From the IMG/VR virus record IMGVR_UViG_3300006153_000003: 64,000 bases of DNA; one strand, written 5' to 3'. Positions 20,745 through 31,285 of this stretch are shown here, piece by piece. The stretch's first letter is position 1. Each line of letters begins with the position of its first letter. The DNA is from a virus (taxonomy: Duplodnaviria; Caudoviricetes). The position numbers and the translations under genes are program-made. The notes under the pieces were generated by a model. That model saw only the letters and a program-made list of their open reading frames with translations, had not been told where the DNA came from and ran no database searches.

Positions 20745-21485
20745 ATGGATACATTAAAATGTGTCACAGCAGGAGGAATGGCTGCTGAAGGATGGTATCG
20801 AGTATATGAAGCTACTGTAGCAGTTTCAAGCATTTCTGGTTTTGGGTCAGGTGGCGATAATGGGATAATTTTTATTTCTACGAATTACAACTATTCTTCT
20901 CCGATGTCTTGCATATTATTATATACAGTGGAATATGGCGGCATTATCCATTGGAACTGCATATCTTGTTCCTCAAATAATGATGTTAGAATTATTGACA
21001 AAATTCGCTTTAGTCTTATTCCTGGATCTAAAGTATCTATTGATATACACTATCGCACATCAAATAATAACAACTTTGAAATCAAACTCATCTCCAATAG
21101 ATTTGGGAAAAAATTCCATCGATTGGAAAATGCGCAGCCTATCACAGATAATCCGTTAACAATCTCTGAGTATGATATTCCAGTGACCTCTGATCTGGAT
21201 GTTGAAAGAACCGTGTTTATAGAAGGCGGGATCTGGTATAAAACAAATAAGTTTGTTTTGATTTCTTTGAATAAAACCATTACAAAGGATACCGGAGGAT
21301 GGAATACGTTATCTTCAGCTATACCAACCGCAAAAGAACAATGCTTTGCACCATACTTGTCTGCGGATTTAGGAGTACAAGGAAATTTAATGGTTATTAA
21401 TAACTCATTACAAATAGATATTCCAAGCGCTGCGATTGGTAAGACATTCACCGTTAGAGGGCAGATAATGTATAGGTTAGCATAG
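20733..21485 (+). CDS. Silent tail-fibre C-terminal cassette E (remote shufflon pair)
   Basis: Begins in frame at CTAAATGGCAAT (L-N-G-N), no RBS; contains the TSDL junction. Confidence 0.8.
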   Translation, partial: LNGNMDTLKCVTAGGMAAEGWYRVYEATVAVSSISGFGSGGDNGIIFISTNYNYSSPMSCILLYTVEYGGIIHWNCISCSSNNDVRIIDKIRFSLIPGSKVSIDIHYRTSNNNNFEIKLISNRFGKKFHRLENAQPITDNPLTISEYDIPVTSDLDVERTVFIEGGIWYKTNKFVLISLNKTITKDTGGWNTLSSAIPTAKEQCFAPYLSADLGVQGNLMVINNSLQIDIPSAAIGKTFTVRGQIMYRLA

Positions 21486-21489
21486 GGCT

Positions 21490-21981
21490 TTATACAGGAT
21501 ACTTAAAGAAACGAACTCTAACACGTTGCGAAACAGTAGAATATATGTACCATACTCCAACATCCCGAAATACGTGATCCATAACGGAATTGTCATCAAA
21601 ATGTGACATAACAACCGGAATATAATTATCACTATTCGGAGCGTCTGATATACGAACAAAAGAACCGCCTGTCGTAACCACAATACAGTCAACATAGCTA
21701 AAATCAGAGTTTGTGATATAGATTCTCCATCCTGCCCAGTCACTACCATTATAGAAATTAAACGCCAATGGGGCACTATCAATACCAAATAAAGCTACAA
21801 CTATAGAAGTGGGTGATCGTTTCAAAATAACCGCACTTCCATATTTATAACTATTATTTGGCAAATCGTCGCTTAAGTAGCTGGAACCGGATAAAGAATA
21901 TGCGAAAAAACCAATAGGTAGCTTAGTTGCCTTAAGTAAAACACTTTCACTTATCATAACATTTCCGATATTGCCATTTAG
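21490..21981 (-). CDS. Silent tail-fibre C-terminal cassette F (remote shufflon pair)
   Basis: Starts at the LNG site, ends FFKYPV like the expressed fibre; clearly paralogous to cassette D. Confidence 0.85.
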   Translation of the reverse strand, partial: LNGNIGNVMISESVLLKATKLPIGFFAYSLSGSSYLSDDLPNNSYKYGSAVILKRSPTSIVVALFGIDSAPLAFNFYNGSDWAGWRIYITNSDFSYVDCIVVTTGGSFVRISDAPNSDNYIPVVMSHFDDNSVMDHVFRDVGVWYIYSTVSQRVRVRFFKYPV

Positions 21982-21986
21982 ATGAG
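21970..21986 (-). repeat. Shufflon crossover site (inverted)
   Basis: ATTGCCATTTAGATGAG is the reverse complement of the 20728 site. Confidence 0.9.
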
Positions 21987-22045
21987 AAGACAAACATTCT
22001 TTTTGCCATACTATAGCCTAAAAATTACGAAAGGAATTCAAACAA

Positions 22046-22222
22046 ATGAATACAACTAATGAAACTGTTACTATTTCGAATGAGCAGCAGTTAAATTCAA
22101 AAATAATTGATGTGATTATTGATATTTTAGCAAATAATAATTTATCTATTGCTGATGCAAAAAATATTCTATATGTAACATCAAAAAAATTATCTCAGCA
22201 AAAAGTTAAATCTTCTTTATAA
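22046..22222 (+). CDS. Small hypothetical protein (58 aa, not in the ORF track)
   Basis: GAAAGGA RBS, MNTTNETVTISNEQ...; 3' end overlaps the convergent gene. Confidence 0.5.
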   Translation: MNTTNETVTISNEQQLNSKIIDVIIDILANNNLSIADAKNILYVTSKKLSQQKVKSSL

Positions 22223-22496
22223 TTTGACTTAACTTCTGTGATATATTTTCTAGTTCACTTCTAATCTCCCATGATTCGGTTTGGTCGCTCCCTGTATTAG
22301 AATTAATATTTTTGAGTTCCTTTTCAATATTCTCCAAATAATCTTTCGGAGAATGTTCATCAAAACCATCTGATTGAATATTTCTTATTGCGTCCATAAT
22401 ATTACAATTTTCCGGATCCCCATCATCAAAACAATTATTATTAAAAATGCATTCACTTACACATTTCCCGTTAACAAAAGGGCAGAATGATTCCAT
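22206..22496 (-). CDS. Cys-rich hypothetical protein (moron)
   Basis: FCPF...C...C N-terminus, GAGGT RBS, AT-rich upstream region. Confidence 0.6.
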   Translation of the reverse strand: MESFCPFVNGKCVSECIFNNNCFDDGDPENCNIMDAIRNIQSDGFDEHSPKDYLENIEKELKNINSNTGSDQTESWEIRSELENISQKLSQIIKKI

Positions 22497-22677
22497 ATAA
22501 AAATACCTCTTTCAAAATTTTATAATATTATTATATAACAATACACCATATTTTCCATATAATTTTTATTTGCTAAGCGAATAAACAAGATTATTTCATG
22601 TGTAGGAGAAAAAGATTAACAATCACTCCTACTATTTTTATTATAAAATTCAAGAATAAAAGGAGTACATAAAATAT

Positions 22678-22935
22678 ATGAACAACACTAAAACAATTGA
22701 ATTGCTGCGAAAACGGAATACTCAACTACAAGAAGAACTTGACCGATTAAAGGAATTAAACACGAAACATTCCGACAAACCAGAAGATAAGAAAATTTCA
22801 GAATTAATCGCTGACCTAGAGAACATTCGCAAAGAATGGATGAATGTTTTGGAAGAATTAAATCATGATCGAGAAGAATACTGTAAATTATTAGAAGACT
22901 TACATACTATTCGAGAAACATTCAAAATGATATAA
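22678..22935 (+). CDS. Coiled-coil hypothetical protein
   Basis: AAGGAG RBS. Confidence 0.55.
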   Translation: MNNTKTIELLRKRNTQLQEELDRLKELNTKHSDKPEDKKISELIADLENIRKEWMNVLEELNHDREEYCKLLEDLHTIRETFKMI

Positions 22936-22959
22936 GAATAAAATTTCACAGGAAAAGAG

Positions 22960-23766
22960 GTGATAAATATGATTGCAATGGATTTTGAATATGATGGTGA
23001 ATATTTAAAAAATTACGGATTTACAATCTGTAGTATAAATGAAAATGGTTTCAATACCATCACTACGGATTCACAGGCAACTTTTAATAATGTAAAATTA
23101 ATGAATGGTAAACTATTTGAAATTACTACTTCTCAGTATGAAGATCGTTTGGAAATCAATTTCCAAATATGCAAGTATACTTCCGGCCATAAATTACATC
23201 CTATTTCCCATTACGAGGCAAGAGAATTAAAACGTTGGTTAAATAGACCTACCTTTAAGAGATTTAAGTTTATACAGCCTTACTGGGCAGATATTTATAT
23301 GGAAGGAAGCTTTAATGTAAAGAATATAGTATGTGGTGGAGAAATCTTTTTACTAGAACTAACTTTCATTAGTAATCATCCCTTTGCACTACACGAACCT
23401 ATCACCCATAGGATATTCACCTCTGCTACTAACGAATCTTATACTTTTTTTGACACATCAGATGAGATCGGATATATATACCCAGACATAAAAATCACTT
23501 GTCTGCAAAACGGGAAATTAGAAATAACCAATTCTAACGAAAATAGGATTACCGAAATAAAGAACTGCTCATCTGGTGAAATTATACAATTCACTCCAAA
23601 ATTATTGATGTCTACTTCTCTCCCGTCCCATAAGATTCAAAACGATTTCAATTATAAGTTTTTCAGAATATCTAACTCCTATAACAATCGTAAGAATACT
23701 TTAACTTTCTCACTTCCTGTAGAAGTAGAAATAACATATTGTCCTTATGTGAAGGTGGTGATGTAA
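22960..23766 (+). CDS. Distal tail protein (Dit)
   Basis: DFEYDG N-terminus, size, position before Tal. Confidence 0.7.
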   Translation: MINMIAMDFEYDGEYLKNYGFTICSINENGFNTITTDSQATFNNVKLMNGKLFEITTSQYEDRLEINFQICKYTSGHKLHPISHYEARELKRWLNRPTFKRFKFIQPYWADIYMEGSFNVKNIVCGGEIFLLELTFISNHPFALHEPITHRIFTSATNESYTFFDTSDEIGYIYPDIKITCLQNGKLEITNSNENRITEIKNCSSGEIIQFTPKLLMSTSLPSHKIQNDFNYKFFRISNSYNNRKNTLTFSLPVEVEITYCPYVKVVM

Positions 23767-23767
23767 T

Positions 23768-26700
23768 ATGGCAATAAAGATAAATTTTGATAGTGCTGGC
23801 AGACCAGAAATCCCCACATTCATACTTTCTGAGAAAAATGGAGATCATGTAGGTGTATTAAGTACAGTATCTCAAATTCACACTATAGGTAATTTAAATT
23901 CTTTTTCTGAATTTTCCTTTTCTATATATAAAGTATTAAACGAAGAAAAATGTGAATTCTGGGATGATATAGATAATTTCCATATCATGTATATTCCAGA
24001 ATGGGATAAATGGTTTGAAATTTATGTAGAAATAGATGAAAAAGATAGTTGTGTAAAAAATGTAACAGCTAAAACTATCCAAGAAGCTGAATTATCTCAA
24101 ATTTTACTGTTTGATATAGAAATAAATACAGAAAAAGATATAGAGAAGGATGATTATGTTCCTACTGTTCTATTTGAGCACAATAATGCAAAAGCTTCCT
24201 TATTACATAGATTGCTGGCTGATAAGGCACAGCACTATAAGATAATTCATGTTGATAGCACTATAGCCAAGAAACAACGGAGTTTTAGCTTTAACAATAT
24301 CTCTATTCATGATGCATTCCGTGAAATCTCTGAAGAACTTCACTGTTTATTTGTTTATGGTGAAGATAGTGGTTCAGAAGGAATCCCAAGAACAATTTCT
24401 GTATATGACCTAGAATCGAATTGTAATAAATGTGGCTACCGTGGAGAATATATGGGTATATGTCCAGAATGTGGTAGTCTGGATATTGATGAAGGGTACG
24501 GCGAAGACACTACTATCTTTGTATCAAATGAAAATTTGGCAGAAGGTGTTACCTTTTCAACAGACACGGATTCTGTAAAAAATTGTTTCCGTCTTGAAGC
24601 TGGTGATGATGATATGACAGCAGCAATTGTAAATATAAATCCTTCTGGTACACGATATATCTGGTATTTCCCAGATTATATGAAAAAACGTATGTCAAAA
24701 GGGCTTGTAGAGAAAATAGATTCTTTCAATACTCAATTAATCTACTATGAAAAGTCTTATCAGGAAAACTTGAATGCAACGATATTAAGCAACTATAATC
24801 AACTTATTGATAAATACCGGACTTATAAAAACACTTTGGAGAATATATCAGTCCCGATTACAGGATATCATAATTTGATGAAGATCTATTATGATATCAT
24901 AGACTTTAAAGGATATCTGCAAAATTCCCTGATGCCTAATATAGAAATATCAGAAACGAGTGTCACACAGCAAGCAGGTTTATTGACGGCAGGCAATCTC
25001 TCTCCTGTTTCTGTTGAGAACACATCCTATATTTCCCTGGCAACCGCTAATAGCGTGATTTTGTCATATGCCAAGGTTTTTATAGACACAGCAAAATACA
25101 AGGTAAAAGTAAAATCATCTAGTTTGACAGGAACTACTTGGACAGGTAATTTTACAGTTGTTAGCTATACAGACGACGAAGATACTGCTGACAGTCGTAC
25201 TATCACCATACAGATCAATGATAATTATGAGAATTTTGTAAAGCAAAAAATAGATAAGATTCTTACGAAGGAAAATGAAGATATCAGTATTATCGGATTG
25301 TTCAAGAAAACTGATGTAAATTTCAAAAATGATTTGAAGAAGTATAGCTTATCTTGTCTTCAGGTCATACATGATGCTTGTCAGGCATGTTTAGACATAT
25401 TGATTGAGCAAGGTATCTCAAACATGAAATCTGATTTATATGAAAAAATATATAAACCGTACAGAGATAAGCTAACCTATATCGAACAGGAAATTAAAGT
25501 GCGTGAATCAGAGATTGCCATCGTTGACGCAATTTATGATAAAGATGGTGATGTCGTAGCAGATGGCATGAAATCACTTATACAGAAAAAACGCAGAGAA
25601 ATTTCTAAAATTCTTGATTTCAAAAAGTATCTTGGAGATTACTGGAATGAATTTTGTTCCTTTAGACGTGAGGATTTGTGGAAGAATACTAACTATATTT
25701 CAGAAGGTTTGGACAATGCACAGCTATTCAAACAGGCAAAAGAATTCCTGGAATCAGCAAAAAAGGATCTCATTAAATCAGCAACACAGCAGCACAGCAT
25801 CTCTACTACCCTTAAGAATCTTTTAGTAATGGAAGATTTCAAACCTCTTGTCGAACATTTTGCAGTAGGAAACTGGTTAAGAATCGGTGTTGATGATAAA
25901 GTTTACAAACTTCGCTTGATTTCTTATGAGATTGATTATGAAAATCTTGATACTATTACTGTTGAATTCTCTGATGTCGTAGACGCATTTGGATTAATGA
26001 AAGATATTGAAGATATACTGAATCAGAGCCAATCCATTTCCAACTCCTATGATTCTGTAAAACACCAGGCTGAAGAGGGAGACAAGGCAAATGGTAGGTT
26101 GAAAGGATGGGTTGGTAAAGGGCTTGAAGCCACTACTATCAAAATCATGAATAACGCCGATGACCAAGATTATGTTTTTGACCGTCATGGAATGGTTTTC
26201 AGAAAAAAGGATCCTGATACGGATACCTACTCTCCTGTCCAAGTGAAAATCATAAATTCCACTATTGCTATGACCACTGATAATTGGATGACTTCTAAGG
26301 TCGCTGTCGGAGAATATATTTACCTGGATCCACGAGACTGGAAATATAAAACCGGATATGGGGTAATTGCTGATACTTTGATTGGTAATCTCATTCTTGG
26401 TGAAGAGGTTGGTATTTATAATGATAAAGGAACCATGACCTTCAAAGAAGATGGTCTGACGGTCACGAATGGCATTAATACTTTCCAGGTAAATCCAAAT
26501 TCCAAGACACTTTTGACTCTCTCCCATAATGATAGGAGGATTCTATACGTGGATGAGACTGGCGAATTGCATATTGAAGGTGACGGTTCTGCTCTTGATA
26601 TCACAGCTAATGGTACAGTGGAAGGCATGAATACTAAGATAACTCAGAATGCAAAAGCTATTACATTAGAGGCCAATCGTGCATCAGAAGCAGAAGGAAA

Positions 26701-27286
26701 ATTGTCAGCTTCTATTGAAGTAAATGCAAACGCTATTACTCAAAGGGTACAAAAAGATGAATTTGGTTCATACATGGAGCAGAATTATGAGAGCTTTTTG
26801 ATTGGATTTAATAAAAGTAGCAAGGTAATTCAGATAACCGATGGAGAAATCGCTATCTATGATAATTCCAAAACCAATAGTAAAAAGCGTGCAAGTTTCG
26901 ATGAACGTGGCAATAGTTTTTGGCGAGATGGTTATCGTATTGGTACAATAGGTACGAATAAATTAAAAGACTATCCATCAAAAAAAGGACTAGATTTTGA
27001 CCTGGAAACAGATGGTGCTTATATGACGTGGGCCTATAGAAATAAAACCGATGATGATGTTTATACCATGAAATGGACATATGCTGCTGAAAACTATGGT
27101 GATTATGCTGCTGATATGTTACATGCGGGGTGTGATATAGATATGCATAATTTCAATATATATAACGCAAAAATCTCAGAAGGATCTGTTAAATTCAATC
27201 TTCCAGGTATTACAGATATATTTGAAGCTGGCGGTATACGATGGAATTTCCAGAAAGGAAGATTAGTTGATGCAGCAGTCGTATAG
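23768..27286 (+). CDS. Baseplate hub/tail spike protein (Tal-like, prophage tail)
   Basis: Follows Dit; LRLISYEIDYENL..VEFS and YGVIADTLIGNLILGE motifs of SPbeta-like tail proteins. Confidence 0.75.
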   Translation: MAIKINFDSAGRPEIPTFILSEKNGDHVGVLSTVSQIHTIGNLNSFSEFSFSIYKVLNEEKCEFWDDIDNFHIMYIPEWDKWFEIYVEIDEKDSCVKNVTAKTIQEAELSQILLFDIEINTEKDIEKDDYVPTVLFEHNNAKASLLHRLLADKAQHYKIIHVDSTIAKKQRSFSFNNISIHDAFREISEELHCLFVYGEDSGSEGIPRTISVYDLESNCNKCGYRGEYMGICPECGSLDIDEGYGEDTTIFVSNENLAEGVTFSTDTDSVKNCFRLEAGDDDMTAAIVNINPSGTRYIWYFPDYMKKRMSKGLVEKIDSFNTQLIYYEKSYQENLNATILSNYNQLIDKYRTYKNTLENISVPITGYHNLMKIYYDIIDFKGYLQNSLMPNIEISETSVTQQAGLLTAGNLSPVSVENTSYISLATANSVILSYAKVFIDTAKYKVKVKSSSLTGTTWTGNFTVVSYTDDEDTADSRTITIQINDNYENFVKQKIDKILTKENEDISIIGLFKKTDVNFKNDLKKYSLSCLQVIHDACQACLDILIEQGISNMKSDLYEKIYKPYRDKLTYIEQEIKVRESEIAIVDAIYDKDGDVVADGMKSLIQKKRREISKILDFKKYLGDYWNEFCSFRREDLWKNTNYISEGLDNAQLFKQAKEFLESAKKDLIKSATQQHSISTTLKNLLVMEDFKPLVEHFAVGNWLRIGVDDKVYKLRLISYEIDYENLDTITVEFSDVVDAFGLMKDIEDILNQSQSISNSYDSVKHQAEEGDKANGRLKGWVGKGLEATTIKIMNNADDQDYVFDRHGMVFRKKDPDTDTYSPVQVKIINSTIAMTTDNWMTSKVAVGEYIYLDPRDWKYKTGYGVIADTLIGNLILGEEVGIYNDKGTMTFKEDGLTVTNGINTFQVNPNSKTLLTLSHNDRRILYVDETGELHIEGDGSALDITANGTVEGMNTKITQNAKAITLEANRASEAEGKLSASIEVNANAITQRVQKDEFGSYMEQNYESFLIGFNKSSKVIQITDGEIAIYDNSKTNSKKRASFDERGNSFWRDGYRIGTIGTNKLKDYPSKKGLDFDLETDGAYMTWAYRNKTDDDVYTMKWTYAAENYGDYAADMLHAGCDIDMHNFNIYNAKISEGSVKFNLPGITDIFEAGGIRWNFQKGRLVDAAVV

Positions 27287-27309
27287 ATAAACTGGAAAGG
27301 GGAAATATC

Positions 27310-27498
27310 ATGGCCAATATAAATAAAAACGAAGGCAGAGCTTATATTATGCCAAAAGGTACTCCTGTAAATATAGAAGAATCACCTTCTTTAAATGGAC
27401 AAGTACCCACCTATTCATTAGAGATGAATTTATTAAAAGAAGTCAATCAAAAATTAGATTTATTACTCACATCACTAAAAATATCAATAAAGGAGTAA
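27310..27498 (+). CDS. Hypothetical tail-region protein
   Basis: RBS, operon position. Confidence 0.5.
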   Translation: MANINKNEGRAYIMPKGTPVNIEESPSLNGQVPTYSLEMNLLKEVNQKLDLLLTSLKISIKE

Positions 27499-27506
27499 TC
27501 TTTAAT

Positions 27507-27731
27507 ATGGAAAAACCATTACTTTTAGTACGCGAAGAGTTTATGAGCGATCTGGCAGATTTGATTAATCAATCACGTCTGCCTTTTGTTATTATAGAGC
27601 CTATATTAGAGAAATTTTTAGAAAATGCCAGAGGTGCTATCAAACAGCAATTATCGGATGAAAAATTTCGATACGAAAAATATTTAAAGGAAAAGGAAAA
27701 AGAAGAATCAGGAAAAAATTCTGATGAGTAA
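27507..27731 (+). CDS. Hypothetical tail-region protein
   Basis: KPL...REEF...L..LIN.S.LP motif common in tail modules. Confidence 0.55.
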   Translation: MEKPLLLVREEFMSDLADLINQSRLPFVIIEPILEKFLENARGAIKQQLSDEKFRYEKYLKEKEKEESGKNSDE

Positions 27732-27803
27732 AATATATAAAGCTCTTAGTTTCGTCTAAGGGCTTATTTTTATGGATTCTCAAGCAATTATGCATTTGCT
27801 TGT

Positions 27804-28844
27804 GTGTCCAGGAAAGGAGTCAGGATGATACAGCAAAATGGATATCTAGCAGTACAACATATACGGGTTCGTATCAATCATAATATCATCAGCACTGTTA
27901 ATCTGGTTCAAGGTGACACAGCCCGTGAATTTCATTTTTTCTTTGACGACTACATCATCCCAGAAGGTGCAGAATTTCGTATTTATATTCGTAAACCGTC
28001 TGGTTGTGAAATATATAGTCATTGCTACTTACGAAATGATGAAATCGTTGTGCAACCCACTTTACAAATGGTTGCCGAAAAAGGACAGAACTTAGGTCAG
28101 ATACAAATTATAAAGGATGACAAATTGCTTAACACTTTCGTCTTCTATCTTGCTATCGAAGAAAATCTTATCTTCTCCTCCTCTATTACTTCTTCAAACG
28201 AATTCGATCTAATCAATGATTTCATAGATACTGCAAGGCGGTTAATCCCAGAAATAGAAAAAACACTTGCAGATGCCCAGGAGCAAGAAGCTAAACGAGA
28301 GGATTCAGAGAATGATAGAAAAAATAATGAACTGGTCAGAATTCTTAATGAAGATGAACGAGTAAATAATGAAAATACACGTATAGCTAATGAAATTATA
28401 CGAAATGAAAACGAAGAAGTCCGGAAAGCAAATGAGATTGAACGTCAAAAAAATACAGGCATTGCCATAAAAGAAGCCAATACTGCCAGAGATAAGGCAA
28501 ACGAAGCTACTAAGAATGCAAATGACACTGCTCAAGACATAAAAGATAAATTAGCTAATGGTGAATTTAGTGCAAGTATCCACGTAGGTGATGTAACAAC
28601 TGGAGATGCTAGCAGCGAAGTCGAAATCACAAATACTGGCACGGCTAAAGATGCTGTATTTAATTTTAAAATCCCCAAAGGAGATACAGGTGAAAGTGGT
28701 ATCACTACTCCCATCAGCGGTTTTCTCTCTTTATCGGTAGATGATTTAGGCAATCTATATGTACATTACAATGATGAACCCGAAAATCAAGAATTTGAAT
28801 ATGATCCGGATACCGGAAGTTTATATTATATCACACCAGATTAA
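27804..28844 (+). CDS. BppU-family upper baseplate protein
   Basis: VQGDTARE...YIRKPSG BppU_N motif; NE..R heptad repeats; FKIPKGDTG. Confidence 0.75.
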   Translation: MSRKGVRMIQQNGYLAVQHIRVRINHNIISTVNLVQGDTAREFHFFFDDYIIPEGAEFRIYIRKPSGCEIYSHCYLRNDEIVVQPTLQMVAEKGQNLGQIQIIKDDKLLNTFVFYLAIEENLIFSSSITSSNEFDLINDFIDTARRLIPEIEKTLADAQEQEAKREDSENDRKNNELVRILNEDERVNNENTRIANEIIRNENEEVRKANEIERQKNTGIAIKEANTARDKANEATKNANDTAQDIKDKLANGEFSASIHVGDVTTGDASSEVEITNTGTAKDAVFNFKIPKGDTGESGITTPISGFLSLSVDDLGNLYVHYNDEPENQEFEYDPDTGSLYYITPD

Positions 28845-28867
28845 TAAGAAAGGAAGGATGATAATAT

Positions 28868-29920
28868 ATGGGAAAAGTATTAATTGGAAATATTAAGGGA
28901 CCTCAAGGACCAACCGGCGTAAGAGGCGGTATGTGGTTACAGGGAACTGCAGTTACAGGTACAAGTACAGAAGAAACTTCATTTCCTGATTCAAATATCA
29001 CTTACGCAATTATCGGAGACGCTTATTTTAACGTAGAAACGTGTAATGTATATGCATGTACTAAAGCCGGAAATCCAACTGATGCAAAGTGGGTTTATAC
29101 TGGGAATATTAAAGGTGTAAAAGGTGACACTGGTAGCACACAATCAATTCAGAATGCGGTTCTTGAGTTTAATGAAGCTCTTACTCGCGAAAATATTGAA
29201 TCAACTGATACTGTTGAGACAATCTTTGGAAAGGTTAAGAAATATTTTACAGATTTAGGCTCTGCTGCTTTTATGAATGTTGTAAATAATGTCACTCAAT
29301 CAGAAGCAGGACAAGCGGTACTTGATGCTGCTGTCGGAAAATACCTTGAAGAGAAAAAGTTTGATATAAGTAAAATTATAGCAAATCGAAACATCACAGA
29401 ACCCGGATTTGTTATGGATGGCAAAACCGTTGCCGACGCTCTTACTGAGCTAAATGGCAAATTCGCAGTAACAATTATAGAGGGGGACTTGTTTGAATAT
29501 GCGGAATTGTTACCTGTCGGATTCTATACGTTTGGAGCAAATGCAAATACGACTAATGTTCCGGACTCCCCATCTGCTGGATGTATTATAAAACGCACAT
29601 CCTCACATATTTCCATTATTCTTGTGGCATATGGAACTGGAAAATATTATTGCGTTGAATATGGTGGTAATTGGCGAAAGTGGAACAAATTAGTACTAGA
29701 CTCTGATTTAGAAGTAATTTCATTTTCCCAAGAGATTATAGCCGATACAGCTACAGCATTAAGTTCAGCTCCACAAAGTAAACAATATATACCTGTCGTA
29801 ACTACAGTATCAGGAACACCGAGATATGCGGGAAGTTTTTGCTTTACATCCGGCTCATGGTATTTTACAGCTAATAATACACAAAGGTATGGATTTGCTT
29901 TTTATAAGTATCCTGTATAA
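28868..29920 (+). CDS. Tail fibre/receptor-binding protein: constant N-terminus plus currently expressed cassette A (29450-29920)
   Basis: Collagen-like GNIKGPQG start; crossover CTAAATGGCAA at 29450-29460; ends FYKYPV. Confidence 0.85.
   Translation: MGKVLIGNIKGPQGPTGVRGGMWLQGTAVTGTSTEETSFPDSNITYAIIGDAYFNVETCNVYACTKAGNPTDAKWVYTGNIKGVKGDTGSTQSIQNAVLEFNEALTRENIESTDTVETIFGKVKKYFTDLGSAAFMNVVNNVTQSEAGQAVLDAAVGKYLEEKKFDISKIIANRNITEPGFVMDGKTVADALTELNGKFAVTIIEGDLFEYAELLPVGFYTFGANANTTNVPDSPSAGCIIKRTSSHISIILVAYGTGKYYCVEYGGNWRKWNKLVLDSDLEVISFSQEIIADTATALSSAPQSKQYIPVVTTVSGTPRYAGSFCFTSGSWYFTANNTQRYGFAFYKYPV
29441..29460 (+). repeat. Shufflon crossover site inside the expressed fibre gene
   Basis: CTTACTGAGCTAAATGGCAA versus CTTACTCATCTAAATGGCAA at 32606. 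Confidence 0.88.
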
Positions 29921-30015
29921 GAGGAGATCCCATGATTTCAGCGAAAGGAAATAGAAAACCGAATTCACAGCATCTTTATAATATTGTTACAAGATAATGA
30001 GTTGATTTTCGTAAT

Positions 30016-30501
30016 TTACGCCGGATACTTGTAAAAACGAATAGTCATATTTTGTTCAGTAGGTGATATCACAAGCCACGAATTTGCGCCCCGATTTCCA
30101 TAAACTGAAACGCCTGTATAATCACTACTTACTCTTAATACAACAGGGATATAATTCATGCCTGTTATGTTGGGGACATAGTTATTGCTACCACGGACAG
30201 TATCCATTGTGACATCCGTATAGCCTAAATCAGAGGTTAGAACATATGGAATCCATGTAACTTCTTGTTCTCGATTAATCATTGAACCTGAGTACAACCG
30301 AGAAGGAATATCTAATAGTCCAGTATACACAATTGCCAAGAAATATGAATCTCCAGCAAAATATCCAGGTCTAGAATATCCGAGGGTTCTAATAATAACA
30401 CCGTAATTCCCTGGAAAATTTCCGCCAGAATTTTTCCATTCGCCTATACTCCATATTTTGAACGAATTTCCCCTAGATATAGTATTTATATTGCCATTTA
30501 G
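30016..30501 (-). CDS. Silent tail-fibre cassette B
   Basis: Open frame from the LNG site (LNGNINTISRG...) to FYKYPA; TSDLG junction. Confidence 0.88.
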   Translation of the reverse strand, partial: LNGNINTISRGNSFKIWSIGEWKNSGGNFPGNYGVIIRTLGYSRPGYFAGDSYFLAIVYTGLLDIPSRLYSGSMINREQEVTWIPYVLTSDLGYTDVTMDTVRGSNNYVPNITGMNYIPVVLRVSSDYTGVSVYGNRGANSWLVISPTEQNMTIRFYKYPA

Positions 30502-30506
30502 ATGAG
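30490..30506 (-). repeat. Shufflon crossover site (inverted)
   Basis: ATTGCCATTTAGATGAG. Confidence 0.9.
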
Positions 30507-30607
30507 AAGTTAAACTTTTCGAAAGACACTTGTAATTTAGATTTTTATGTCATATAATATCGGTAAAAATCATTTTGATAAATAAAGCGTATAGAGGAGG
30601 AATATTA

Positions 30608-31267
30608 ATGATTTCTACAAAAGATATGGCATTTTATTATCCTAATGGTGAAGAAATCAAAAAAGAAATATTTTTAGATTTCTATAGTAAATGCTATTAT
30701 ATGAATAATAATGTTTTTGTCGAAGATGAGATTGAGAAATTATTAGATAAAGGTAAAAATAATTTGACAGAAGAGGATTTGTTTAATATTTTAGCTTGGA
30801 AGATTGGGAAGATTAATCACAAAAAATCCAATCCAGATGATGGTATAATATATTATAAGGATTGGAACAAAGAACTTTTAGAAGCTAAAATATATAAAGA
30901 TTCATTGGACAAAGAGTTTTTTTCTTGCATTAAAAAAAGTTTATTAGAAATTAATGGTGAAGAATTGATCGATTATATAAACAAATTGAAAGATATAAAT
31001 CATCTAGGACCAGTGTATATTGTCACATTGAGATATTTTTCAACAAAAGGGAAATATCCAATTTATGATAGATTTGCATATAAAGCAATACAAGCCATTT
31101 TAAATAATCATATTCCTTTTGATTTAATTCCTGAAAAAAATACATTAAATAAAAACATTAATGATATATATAATGAATATTTAAAAAAATTACAAAATAT
31201 TTTTCCAGAGAATTTTAGCGAACGAAAAGTTGACCAAGCATTGTGGGTTTATGGACATTTATTTTAA
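30608..31267 (+). CDS. Moron inside the shufflon; possible HhH/OGG-fold DNA glycosylase-like protein
   Basis: GAGGAGG RBS; ILAWK ... HLGPVY..TL..F...KYPIYDRFA..A ... RKVDQALW pattern; very AT-rich. Confidence 0.5.
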   Translation: MISTKDMAFYYPNGEEIKKEIFLDFYSKCYYMNNNVFVEDEIEKLLDKGKNNLTEEDLFNILAWKIGKINHKKSNPDDGIIYYKDWNKELLEAKIYKDSLDKEFFSCIKKSLLEINGEELIDYINKLKDINHLGPVYIVTLRYFSTKGKYPIYDRFAYKAIQAILNNHIPFDLIPEKNTLNKNINDIYNEYLKKLQNIFPENFSERKVDQALWVYGHLF

Positions 31268-31285
31268 ACACTTTGATTAATAATA

